Of a stretch of 64,000 nucleotides of DNA, positions 30,601-37,812 are shown one piece after another. Position 1 is the first letter of the stretch. Every line of letters begins with the position of its first letter. The stretch comes from an uncultured Chitinophagaceae bacterium. Its GTDB lineage: Bacteria; Bacteroidota; Bacteroidia; Chitinophagales; CAIOSU01. Under the pieces are notes generated by a model. That model was not told the origin of the DNA. It worked only from the letters and a program-made list of their open reading frames with translations, and searched no databases. Location: contig CAYGTK010000001.1 in assembly GCA_964352775.1 (NCBI GenBank), positions 14,240-78,239 on the forward strand, read 5' to 3'. Position numbers and translations under genes: made by a program.

Positions 30601-31116
30601 TTAGGTCTAGGTATTTTCCAAATGGAATTCTCGGTTATCATGACCGGTATTGGTATTATTTCCCTAGCGGGAATTGTGGTTAACAATGCCATCGTATTGA
30701 TAGATTACACCAACCTAGTACGCGATAGAAGACGGAAAGAATTAGGTGTAAAAGGCCGCTTGAATCGTGAAGAAATAGTGCGTTGCATTATGGAAGCAGG
30801 TAAAACACGTTTGCGCCCAGTATTGCTTACCGCCATAACAACAGTGCTTGGTTTAATACCGTTGGCCGTAGGATTTAACATCAACTTTTACTCCCTATTC
30901 CGTCGTTTCGACCCTGAGATATTCATCGGTGGAGATAACGTAGTGTTCTGGGGGCCAATGTCGTGGACAGTAATATTCGGATTAACATTCGCTACTTTCC
31001 TTACACTGGTAGTAGTACCAGTAATGTACTTGCTTTTTGATAGAGCAGGATACAAAGTAAGTAGCCTATTAGGTAATAACGAAGAAGAAAAAACTAGTCC
31101 ATCTCCTACTGTGTAG
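27601..31116 (+). CDS. efflux RND transporter permease (AcrB/AcrD/AcrF family)
   Basis: 1171 aa with the duplicated 6-TM plus large-periplasmic-loop architecture. Conserved TM4 region GMLVDNGIVVVENI and TM10 region GIVVNNAIVLIDY. Confidence 0.9.
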   Translation: MNKETQNKENITREFGLSTMSVDNRTSVLVLIFIIIILGAGAYGTMPKENFPEITIPTIYVGTPYPGNSPVDIENLITRPLEKEIKSITGVKKLKSTSIQDYSTIVVEFNFDVDVQEALLDVKDAVDKANSELPNDLDQDPKVFEMDFSEIPVMNINISGDDFSPEDLKFYAEYLEEEIEDLTEISEVDLKGAKDKEVKIHVDRHKMESMQISFGNIEDAINYENKTISGGDILTDEFRRSIRVVGEFVNVDEIKNVIVKSRDGNAVFLGDIADVSFDYEEASSYSRSSGFDVVTLNIKKKSGENLLNATDKIKIIVADAIEKKLPKNLKVEITNDTSRMTRIQVENLENSIYSGVILVVLVLLFFLGLRNALFVGIAIPMSMLLGFVILNAMGITLNIMVLFSLVLALGMLVDNGIVVVENIYRQMQEGKNSIQAAKEGVGEVAWPIISSTATTLAAFFPLIFWDDIMGEFMKYLPITLIIVLSSSLFVALVMNPVLTSILMKVQETNMEETRTAKSKKQRRRFLLIALAAIVVGMLVHTYKWVAVPGDDDLTIMGNLILFVALLGLLNVYVLTPLSIRFQNVFLPRLENFYYKIINFALHGWGPTIFMVSTVLMMIFSTLFYFGSDPKVVTFPANIPNYVNVFAEMPTGTDIERTNEITKEIEAKVFAYVDSFREMGMVESVVTNIGEGTSDPQSGQVQQGKSPNKAKVTAAFVEFQNRPEDYGNTTFMLDGLRKVLSDIPGVKITVDKDPNGPPVGPPISVEVAGEDYDKLIALSEKVKKYINDADIPGIEELKTDLDIGKPELLVTVNRKAARRYGLSTAQIASTIRTALFGKEVSKYKEGEDDYPIMLRLQDKYRYNLESLMGQRITYRNQDNGKIVQIPISAVADVEYTSTYGAVNRKDSERVITIYSNVLDGYTPAKIIEQLGELFATYELPDGYAIRYTGEVEEQQKSMAFLSKAFMIAVLLIFLIIITQFNSLTAPIIILLSVAFSTTGVFLGLGIFQMEFSVIMTGIGIISLAGIVVNNAIVLIDYTNLVRDRRRKELGVKGRLNREEIVRCIMEAGKTRLRPVLLTAITTVLGLIPLAVGFNINFYSLFRRFDPEIFIGGDNVVFWGPMSWTVIFGLTFATFLTLVVVPVMYLLFDRAGYKVSSLLGNNEEEKTSPSPTV

Positions 31117-31199
31117 CGGTGGAATTTCATACAATAAACCCAAAATAGTGTACATGCCTAGCAATAGGTGTCGCGTTATAAAGGGGTAAATGGGTGGTT

Positions 31200-31242
31200 G
31201 GTGAGGCGGTAGTTCAATAGAGCTACCGCCTCACCTTTTTTA
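31200..31242 (+). terminator. rho-independent terminator of the efflux operon
   Basis: Stem GGTGAGGCGGTAG / CTACCGCCTCACC, followed by TTTTTTATT. Confidence 0.75.
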
Positions 31243-31288
31243 TTACTTCGCTTACAAGCAAAACCTAGATCATTATTTAACCTTGCCC

Positions 31289-31350
31289 GCTCCACACACC
31301 GCAAAGCGCAGCCCTACATATATAGGGCTGCGCTTTGCGGTGTGTGGAGC
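31289..31350. repeat. perfect 28-bp inverted repeat with 6-nt loop
   Basis: GCTCCACACACCGCAAAGCGCAGCCCTA (31289-31316), loop CATATA, then the exact reverse complement (31323-31350). No T-tract follows. Confidence 0.9.
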
Positions 31351-31404
31351 TGCGCGGGAGAGCATATACTAATAGTAACTATCAGAAAGCTCTACCTTTA
31401 AAAA

Positions 31405-32736
31405 ATGAAACGGAGAACATTTATCTCGCGATCGGCTATGACTACCGCTGGGGGTTTATTGCTACCTTCTTTTTTAATGTCATCGTGCGGAAAGGAAGAT
31501 GGTATAGAGCTTAAAGACTACGACGGTAAGGTTATAGTAATAGGCGCAGGAGCTGCGGGCTTGTTCGCCGCACAAATGCTTAAACAGCAAGAGGTAGATG
31601 TTGAAGTTCTAGAAGCTTCTGCCGTACATGGTGGCCGCATGGGTAAGTTGACCGGGTTTGCCGATTATCCCTTGGATACGGGAGCACAGTGGCTGCATGG
31701 TCGCCGAAGTATTGTTGGCGACTTGATAAAAGATAACAACGTGGCCAATAGCCTAGATGATACCGACCTTACCTATTGGTTTCAACAGCAATTAACCAGC
31801 AACTTACCCAAAGACCCGTTTATTTTTGAAGGTAGTGGTAAGCCCGATGTTTCGTTTGATGCATATGCTATGCAGCAAGGTTTTGGCACAGAATACAACG
31901 ACATAGTTGAAGGCATAGCGGGCGATTATGGTGCTGCAGCTTCTCGCTTATCGGTGTTCCATTTAAATGAGGAGGAGTATGAGTGGAGTTCGGGCGATGA
32001 GGACTATAAATTTGAGGGTGCTTTTTTTGATGTGATCGACCAATTCGTAGCTGCTGATGTAGCGCAAAACATTAGGTACAACACTGTAGTGAACAGCATA
32101 AATTATGCTGGCGAGCGCATTGAAATAACCGACACCGATGGAAACAGCTATATGGCCGATAAGGTGATAGTTACGCTACCCATTAGCCTACTAAAGCAAA
32201 ATGCGATAAGCTTTACCCCTGCTTTACCAAAGGAAAAAACCACAGCCTTTTCTAAGATCGGGATGGATGCGGGCATGAAGGTGTTTTTGAAATTCAACAC
32301 CACTTTTTATGAAGACAATATTTTGGGGGGAAGCATCTGTGCAGCTTATGCTAATGAGCGAATAGGTAAAACTGGGAATGACAATGTGCTGCTAGCTTTT
32401 GTAATGGGCGAACAGGCCGAATACCTCAATAGTCTAGGTAGCGACCAAGCCATTGTAAGCGAACTTATTGCCGAGCTAGACCAAATGTACAACGGCCAAG
32501 CAAGCGCACAACTAATAGATAGTGTGGTGCAGAACTGGACTAATGAACCTTTCATTCAAGGGGCATACTCTTATAGCACGGTGGGTATGGGTAATGCACG
32601 CAGCATTGCGGCTCAAACTGTGGACGACAAGCTTTACTTTGCTGGAGAAGCAATGAATTTAAATGGGCATCATCAAACCGTACATGGTGCTGCTGAAACG
32701 GGTATTGAAGCCGTTACGGCAATTCTAACCGCTTAA
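31405..32736 (+). CDS. flavin-dependent amine oxidase family protein, predicted Tat-exported lipoprotein
   Basis: Twin-arginine KRRTFISR plus lipobox MSSCG. FAD motif VIGAGAAGLFAA...LEASAVHGGR and a C-terminal amine-oxidase motif YFAGEA. Confidence 0.8.
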   Translation: MKRRTFISRSAMTTAGGLLLPSFLMSSCGKEDGIELKDYDGKVIVIGAGAAGLFAAQMLKQQEVDVEVLEASAVHGGRMGKLTGFADYPLDTGAQWLHGRRSIVGDLIKDNNVANSLDDTDLTYWFQQQLTSNLPKDPFIFEGSGKPDVSFDAYAMQQGFGTEYNDIVEGIAGDYGAAASRLSVFHLNEEEYEWSSGDEDYKFEGAFFDVIDQFVAADVAQNIRYNTVVNSINYAGERIEITDTDGNSYMADKVIVTLPISLLKQNAISFTPALPKEKTTAFSKIGMDAGMKVFLKFNTTFYEDNILGGSICAAYANERIGKTGNDNVLLAFVMGEQAEYLNSLGSDQAIVSELIAELDQMYNGQASAQLIDSVVQNWTNEPFIQGAYSYSTVGMGNARSIAAQTVDDKLYFAGEAMNLNGHHQTVHGAAETGIEAVTAILTA

Positions 32737-32754
32737 AAAAGAAGTGAATTCTTA

Positions 32755-34059
32755 TTAGACCCGCTTAATACTCGCCCCTAAGGCATTTAAGCGCTGATCT
32801 ATACGTTGGTAGCCGCGGTCGATCTGGTTGATGTTAGAAATGCGAGAAGTGCCTTCTGCTGACAATGCAGCTATTAGTAATGATACTCCTGCACGTATAT
32901 CAGGCGATGACATGCTGATGCCCCGTAGAGGATAGGTTTTATTCAGACCCACTACAGTTGCACGGTGTGGGTCACAAAGAATTATCTGTGCACCCATGTC
33001 TATCAACTTATCGGTGAAGAATAGACGACTCTCGAACATTTTCTGGTGTACTAATACCGTACCCTTAGCTTGTGTAGCTACTACTAATGCAATACTCAAT
33101 AGGTCGGGCGTAAACCCTGGCCACGGAGCATCTGCTATAGTCATTACCGATCCATCGATAAACGACTGTATCTCGTAATGGTCTTGTTCTGGAACGTGGA
33201 TGTTGTCATCCTTTATGTCGAATTGGATTCCTAAGCGACGGAATACGGTAGGTATCAATCCTAAGTACTCGGCCTTTACATCCTTAATAGTTATTTCAGA
33301 GCCTGTCATAGCTGCTAGGCCAATGAAGCTACCTATCTCGATCATATCGGGTAGCATGCGGTGTTCTGTTCCGCCTAATTCCGTTACGCCGTGAATTATT
33401 AATCGGTTAGAGCCAATGCCTTCAATATTTGCTCCCATGCGCACTAGCATATTGCACAATTGCTGCAAATACGGCTCGCAAGCTGCATTGAAAATAGTAG
33501 TAGTTCCTTCAGCCATTACGGCGGCCATTACCACGTTAGCCGTTCCCGTTACAGAGGCTTCATCCAATAGCATGTAAGCTCCCTTCAATCGCTTTGCTGT
33601 TACAGAGTAGAAATACTCCATAGCATCATAATTGAACTCCGCTCCAAGCTTTTGGAAACCTAAAAAGTGAGTGTCTAATCTTCTTCTACCTATTTTATCT
33701 CCGCCAGGCTTTGGTAAATACGCTTTACCATAGCGGGCCAATAAAGGACCTACCAACATGATAGATCCACGCAGGCCAGCGCCTTTTTTTTTGAACTTGT
33801 CGGAGGTAAGGAAATCGAGATCTACATTATCAGCCTTAAAGCTGTACGTATCGTCGGAGAGTTGCTTGACGGTTACACCAAGGTCGCCCAGAATATCAAT
33901 TAGGAGTTTTACATCGCGGATGTCAGGAATATTGGAGATGACCATCTCCTCTGGAGTAAGGAGTACGGCACAAAGTATCTGTAATGCTTCGTTCTTGGCT
34001 CCTTGTGGGGTTATCTCCCCATGTAGTTTGCGGCCGCCTTCTACCTCAAATATATCCAT
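32755..34059 (-). CDS. murA: UDP-N-acetylglucosamine 1-carboxyvinyltransferase
   Basis: Full-length EPSP-synthase-fold MurA with GAKNEALQIL and the active-site loop PGGDKIGRRRLDTH. Confidence 0.93.
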   Translation of the reverse strand: MDIFEVEGGRKLHGEITPQGAKNEALQILCAVLLTPEEMVISNIPDIRDVKLLIDILGDLGVTVKQLSDDTYSFKADNVDLDFLTSDKFKKKGAGLRGSIMLVGPLLARYGKAYLPKPGGDKIGRRRLDTHFLGFQKLGAEFNYDAMEYFYSVTAKRLKGAYMLLDEASVTGTANVVMAAVMAEGTTTIFNAACEPYLQQLCNMLVRMGANIEGIGSNRLIIHGVTELGGTEHRMLPDMIEIGSFIGLAAMTGSEITIKDVKAEYLGLIPTVFRRLGIQFDIKDDNIHVPEQDHYEIQSFIDGSVMTIADAPWPGFTPDLLSIALVVATQAKGTVLVHQKMFESRLFFTDKLIDMGAQIILCDPHRATVVGLNKTYPLRGISMSSPDIRAGVSLLIAALSAEGTSRISNINQIDRGYQRIDQRLNALGASIKRV

Positions 34060-34071
34060 GATGTGTTTTAC

Positions 34072-34734
34072 TTATCGTCTTCTGTTATTGTTGCTTCTAC
34101 CCTTGTTGTTAGGTCGGCGTTTGCCGCCGCCTTTCTTGTTGTTACTTCGCGAGTTCTGGTACTGCGGATTAGAAATACCTGCTGCTTTCACCAGTATATC
34201 TAAGTCTACATCCTCTCCAACCTTAAGTTGATTTTTCGACATGGATACCATGTCTTCCATTACCACTTGATCGTTAGCATCGTCGCGGTTCCAGTTACGG
34301 TGTACCAGCTTCATGTAGTTTCCTATCAGCGTGGTAAATGCTTCTTTCTTCTCTGGGTCGGTCATTTTAGCAGCCTTGTCTATCATGGTCTGCACGTTCT
34401 TACCATAGTGGCGGAACTTGATTCGCTGACGAGGATAACCAGGATGCGGAGGCTTTTCGTTAACCATCTCACGAGCAGGCATCGGGAAATCGCCATCCAC
34501 ATCAATGTCAAAGTCTGACATGATGTAGAAACTATCCCAAAGCATTTGCTTGTATTCTTCTACGTTAGCTCCACCTATATTAGGGTTCATTTGACCCATT
34601 AACTCCACTACCCCTTTGGCTAGCTTGGTTCTTTTTTCTTTGTCTTCCACGGTCTTCAAATGATTGACCATCATCTGGAAGTTTCGGCCGTATTCGCGTA
34701 AGCGCAAATGTTCGCGGCTTGAATTGTATTGCAT
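34072..34734 (-). CDS. DUF4290 domain-containing protein
   Basis: The N-terminal YNSSREHLRLREYGRN signature and the position immediately upstream of murA match what I recall for Bacteroidota DUF4290. Basic Asn/Arg/Lys-rich tail. Confidence 0.65.
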   Translation of the reverse strand: MQYNSSREHLRLREYGRNFQMMVNHLKTVEDKEKRTKLAKGVVELMGQMNPNIGGANVEEYKQMLWDSFYIMSDFDIDVDGDFPMPAREMVNEKPPHPGYPRQRIKFRHYGKNVQTMIDKAAKMTDPEKKEAFTTLIGNYMKLVHRNWNRDDANDQVVMEDMVSMSKNQLKVGEDVDLDILVKAAGISNPQYQNSRSNNKKGGGKRRPNNKGRSNNNRRR

Positions 34735-34754
34735 AAAATTTACTTGATAAGCTC

Positions 34755-34762
34755 CAAAGTTA
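34755..34762 (-). promoter_or_regulatory. -7 promoter box (TAACTTTG on minus strand)
   Basis: CAAAGTTA on the plus strand, 20 nt upstream of minus ATG 34734. Confidence 0.4.
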
Positions 34763-34793
34763 ACGAAAATGTAGCTGCTAGGCTCATTGCTTA

Positions 34794-37151
34794 CTATACG
34801 GAACGATGGACTTTCACCTTTGCGTATTTCAGCATGATGCGTTTATTACCAATTCCGTTAAAAAATACGGTAGCAATACGGTTATCACCAGCCCCTTCAA
34901 TACTAATGACCTTGCCTGTACCGAACTTCTGATGGTCTATCTGCATACCCACTTGTAAGCCACTTACATCATCACCCGCAAAAGAAGGGATGGACTGTTC
35001 CGTTTTACTCACCTTGGTTAAGTTTCTACTGAAACCTGCGCCTAATGGTTTGGTAGGTATGCTATCTAGTTTCTTCTTGAACCTATTGAAATCACCCCAA
35101 TTCTGCTTAGTGGGCTTTGCCTCTGCCTGGCGGCCCTCATGATCTAAGTGCTTCTCCGATATTTCATCTAAAAATCGGCTTTTCTCATTGTATTGTAGAT
35201 TACCAAAGCGATAACGAGTAGCTGCCCAGCTCAACACCAATTGCTGTTCGGCTCGGGTTACGGCTACATAGTAGAGTCGGCGTTCTTCCTCCAAGTCAGT
35301 TCGCGAAGCAGTAGCCATCATGCTAGGAAATAGGTTCTCTTCCAATCCTACCACATAAACCGCTGGAAATTCCAATCCCTTGGCAGCATGTATGGTCATT
35401 AGGCTCACCCAATCTTGATCACCCTTTTCGTCATCAGCATTCGTAAGTAGTACCACATTCTGTAAGTAGCTGGCTAGGCTTTTATCATTAGCCAATAGCT
35501 CTTCTGCATTCTCATCTTGTTCTACCTCATCATCATCCGTATACTCTTTTATACTGTTAAGTAGTTCTTGGATGTTCTCATACCTACTTAATCCCTCTAC
35601 ACTTTTATCGTTGTATAGCTCTTTTAATATAGTGGTGCTCTTTGCCACGTGCATAGCCAAGTCAAAGGCATCACGATCGTATTGCATGGCGGCAAAACTT
35701 TTTATCATATTGGTAAAGTCTACCAATAAGCCCGAAGCGCGATTATTGAATGCGCCATATTGACGCGCATTGCATAGAATTTCCCAAAGAGGTTTTTCTT
35801 CTTGCGCAGCAATTACAGTGGCCTTTTCAATAGTGGTTTGCCCAATACCACGAGTAGGGTAGTTCACAATTCTGCGAAGAGCCTCCTCATCATGGTGATT
35901 CATGGTTAGCTTTAGGTAAGCTAACAGGTCTTTTATCTCTTTACGTTGGTAGAAGGAAAGTCCGCCGTAAACCTTGTAGGCAATCCCACGCTTACGCAAA
36001 GCTTCTTCAAACGAACGCGATTGTGCATTAGTACGATATAGAATAGCGAAATCGCTGTTCCGAAGTTGCTCGGTCATTTTAGTGGAAAAGATATGGTCGG
36101 CTATCCATTTTCCCTCGTCGTTATCGCTAAGGGTTTTCACCACTTTTATCTTCTTCCCCTCTCCTTTTTCGGTGAAAATCTCTTTAGCTAACTGATTTTT
36201 ATTGTTGTGAATTATCTCGTTGGCTGCTTCTACAATGTGTTCGGTACTGCGGTAATTCTGCTCTAGTTTAAACACTCTAAAATCAGGGTAGTCTTTCTCA
36301 AAATTGAGGATGTTCTGAATATCTGCCCCACGGAAGGAGTAGATGCTTTGTGCATCATCGCCCACTACACAGATGTTCTCATAAGCTGCTGCCAGCTTTT
36401 TAGTAACCATGTACTGGGCATAGTTGGTGTCTTGGTACTCATCTATCATGATGTACTTAAACACCTGTTGGTACTTGTACAACACATCAGGATGACCCTC
36501 TAGTAGCACCCACATTTTGTAAAGCAAATCATCAAAGTCCATAGCCCCTGCCATAAAGCAGCGCTTGGTATACTTCATATAAAGCTCTGCCATTTTAGGG
36601 CGTCCACTGCTTTCATCTTCACTCACCAAATAAGGGTCTTGCATGTAACCCGTGGGGGAAATAAGACTGTTCTTAGCTGAAGAAATACGATTGTAAATGA
36701 TGTTGGGCTTGTACAGCTTATCGTTCAAGTTCATTTCTTTCACCAAATTCTTGATGAGGTTTTTGCTGTCTTGCGTATCGTATATAGTGAAGTTCTGCGG
36801 GTAACCTATCTTCTCTGCTTCTATCCTTAAAATGCGGGCAAATACAGAGTGGAAAGTACCCATCATCACATTTCGGGCCTCGTTACCTACAATGCGCCAG
36901 ATACGTTCACGCATTTCTTTGGCGGCCTTATTGGTAAAAGTTAGGGCTAGAATATTGAAGGGGTCTATAGGTTTTTGTACTTCATCACCATCTTGGTTAA
37001 AGTATTTACTACCCACGTTTATCATATAAGCTATGCGGTAGGTTAGCACCCTAGTTTTACCCGACCCTGGACCCGCAATTATCATAACTGGGCCGTTGGT
37101 AGCTGTTACCGCTTCATACTGCGATGGGTTCAATTCCTTCAAATAATCCAT
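34794..37151 (-). CDS. UvrD/PcrA/Rep family ATP-dependent DNA helicase
   Basis: Helicase motif I AGPGSGKT, DEYQDT (motif II), TIHAAKGLEF, and a C-terminal Tudor-like tail (HQKFGTGKVISIEG). Confidence 0.9.
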   Translation of the reverse strand: MDYLKELNPSQYEAVTATNGPVMIIAGPGSGKTRVLTYRIAYMINVGSKYFNQDGDEVQKPIDPFNILALTFTNKAAKEMRERIWRIVGNEARNVMMGTFHSVFARILRIEAEKIGYPQNFTIYDTQDSKNLIKNLVKEMNLNDKLYKPNIIYNRISSAKNSLISPTGYMQDPYLVSEDESSGRPKMAELYMKYTKRCFMAGAMDFDDLLYKMWVLLEGHPDVLYKYQQVFKYIMIDEYQDTNYAQYMVTKKLAAAYENICVVGDDAQSIYSFRGADIQNILNFEKDYPDFRVFKLEQNYRSTEHIVEAANEIIHNNKNQLAKEIFTEKGEGKKIKVVKTLSDNDEGKWIADHIFSTKMTEQLRNSDFAILYRTNAQSRSFEEALRKRGIAYKVYGGLSFYQRKEIKDLLAYLKLTMNHHDEEALRRIVNYPTRGIGQTTIEKATVIAAQEEKPLWEILCNARQYGAFNNRASGLLVDFTNMIKSFAAMQYDRDAFDLAMHVAKSTTILKELYNDKSVEGLSRYENIQELLNSIKEYTDDDEVEQDENAEELLANDKSLASYLQNVVLLTNADDEKGDQDWVSLMTIHAAKGLEFPAVYVVGLEENLFPSMMATASRTDLEEERRLYYVAVTRAEQQLVLSWAATRYRFGNLQYNEKSRFLDEISEKHLDHEGRQAEAKPTKQNWGDFNRFKKKLDSIPTKPLGAGFSRNLTKVSKTEQSIPSFAGDDVSGLQVGMQIDHQKFGTGKVISIEGAGDNRIATVFFNGIGNKRIMLKYAKVKVHRSV

Positions 37152-37155
37152 TACT

Positions 37156-37163
37156 CAAAAATA
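37156..37163 (-). promoter_or_regulatory. -7 promoter box (TATTTTTG on minus strand)
   Basis: CAAAAATA on the plus strand, 4 nt upstream of minus ATG 37151. Confidence 0.35.
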
Positions 37164-37280
37164 GCCCATTTGGGGGGCAAAGCCGAATGACAATGCCTTT
37201 GATTTTGTACAAGTATCCCTTTTTATTTGCACGCTCCCGAATTGACACATTTTCCTACCTTTAAACCAAACATCCACATC

Positions 37281-37673
37281 ATGAAGTCTTTCTTTTCCGT
37301 TCTATTTCTAACCGTCGCATTCTCTTTCTGTGCACAAGCTCAAGGATTAAGTTTTAACCGTGTAGTAAGCCTAAAGGGAATAGTTTCCGTTAACAACACT
37401 TACGAAACCGTTGCTACCGTGCCAGCAGGTAAAGTATGGAAAATAGAAAACGTTTCGCTAGAATCAAGTCTATTTTGGTATCAAGAGGTAAGTGCAGGCG
37501 AGTACATTTTAACAGGAATAGGCTCTACCAGATATATGTCCCCTCCAGGTTCAACTGGAACAGATAAAATTTCTAATGCTGTTTGGTATGGTGAAGGAGA
37601 GCAAGTTATACTTCGTACATCTAGCCAGCCAAAAAAATATGCCTACTCCATCATAGAATTCAACGTCAACTAG
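37281..37673 (+). CDS. small secreted hypothetical protein (130 aa)
   Basis: Signal peptide MKSFFSVLFLTVAFSFCAQAQ from M19 of ORF 37227..37673. Beta-rich, with no recognised family. Confidence 0.45.
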   Translation: MKSFFSVLFLTVAFSFCAQAQGLSFNRVVSLKGIVSVNNTYETVATVPAGKVWKIENVSLESSLFWYQEVSAGEYILTGIGSTRYMSPPGSTGTDKISNAVWYGEGEQVILRTSSQPKKYAYSIIEFNVN

Positions 37674-37812
37674 CTGACCAATAGTGTCACGATAATGTCA
37701 ACAGTTTGGCCTAAAAGCTAGGTATACAGAGCTTTGTCAGCTGGCTGTCACTCCTCTAGTAATGGGTTTTCTTTCTTCGTTTTCACAAACAAGAACGAAA
37801 ACCTATTTTACT

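Noticed and set aside
31117-31200. Possible small ORF or ncRNA in the gap after the RND gene (for example the 11-codon ATG ORF starting near 31156).
   Set aside because: It is too short, with no conservation evidence available and no promoter box. The region is most simply the 3' UTR leading into the terminator at 31200.
33758-34231. 157-aa plus-strand ORF with a Leu/Pro-rich low-complexity segment spanning the murA/DUF4290 junction.
   Set aside because: It is antisense to two well-supported genes, and the low complexity mirrors the Asn/Arg/Lys-rich tail of DUF4290 on the other strand.
34794-37151. The UvrD-family helicase as part of a defence system.
   Set aside because: It has a full PcrA/UvrD motif set with the C-terminal Tudor-like tail. 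It has no nuclease, methylase or other defence partner, and it sits among conserved housekeeping genes.
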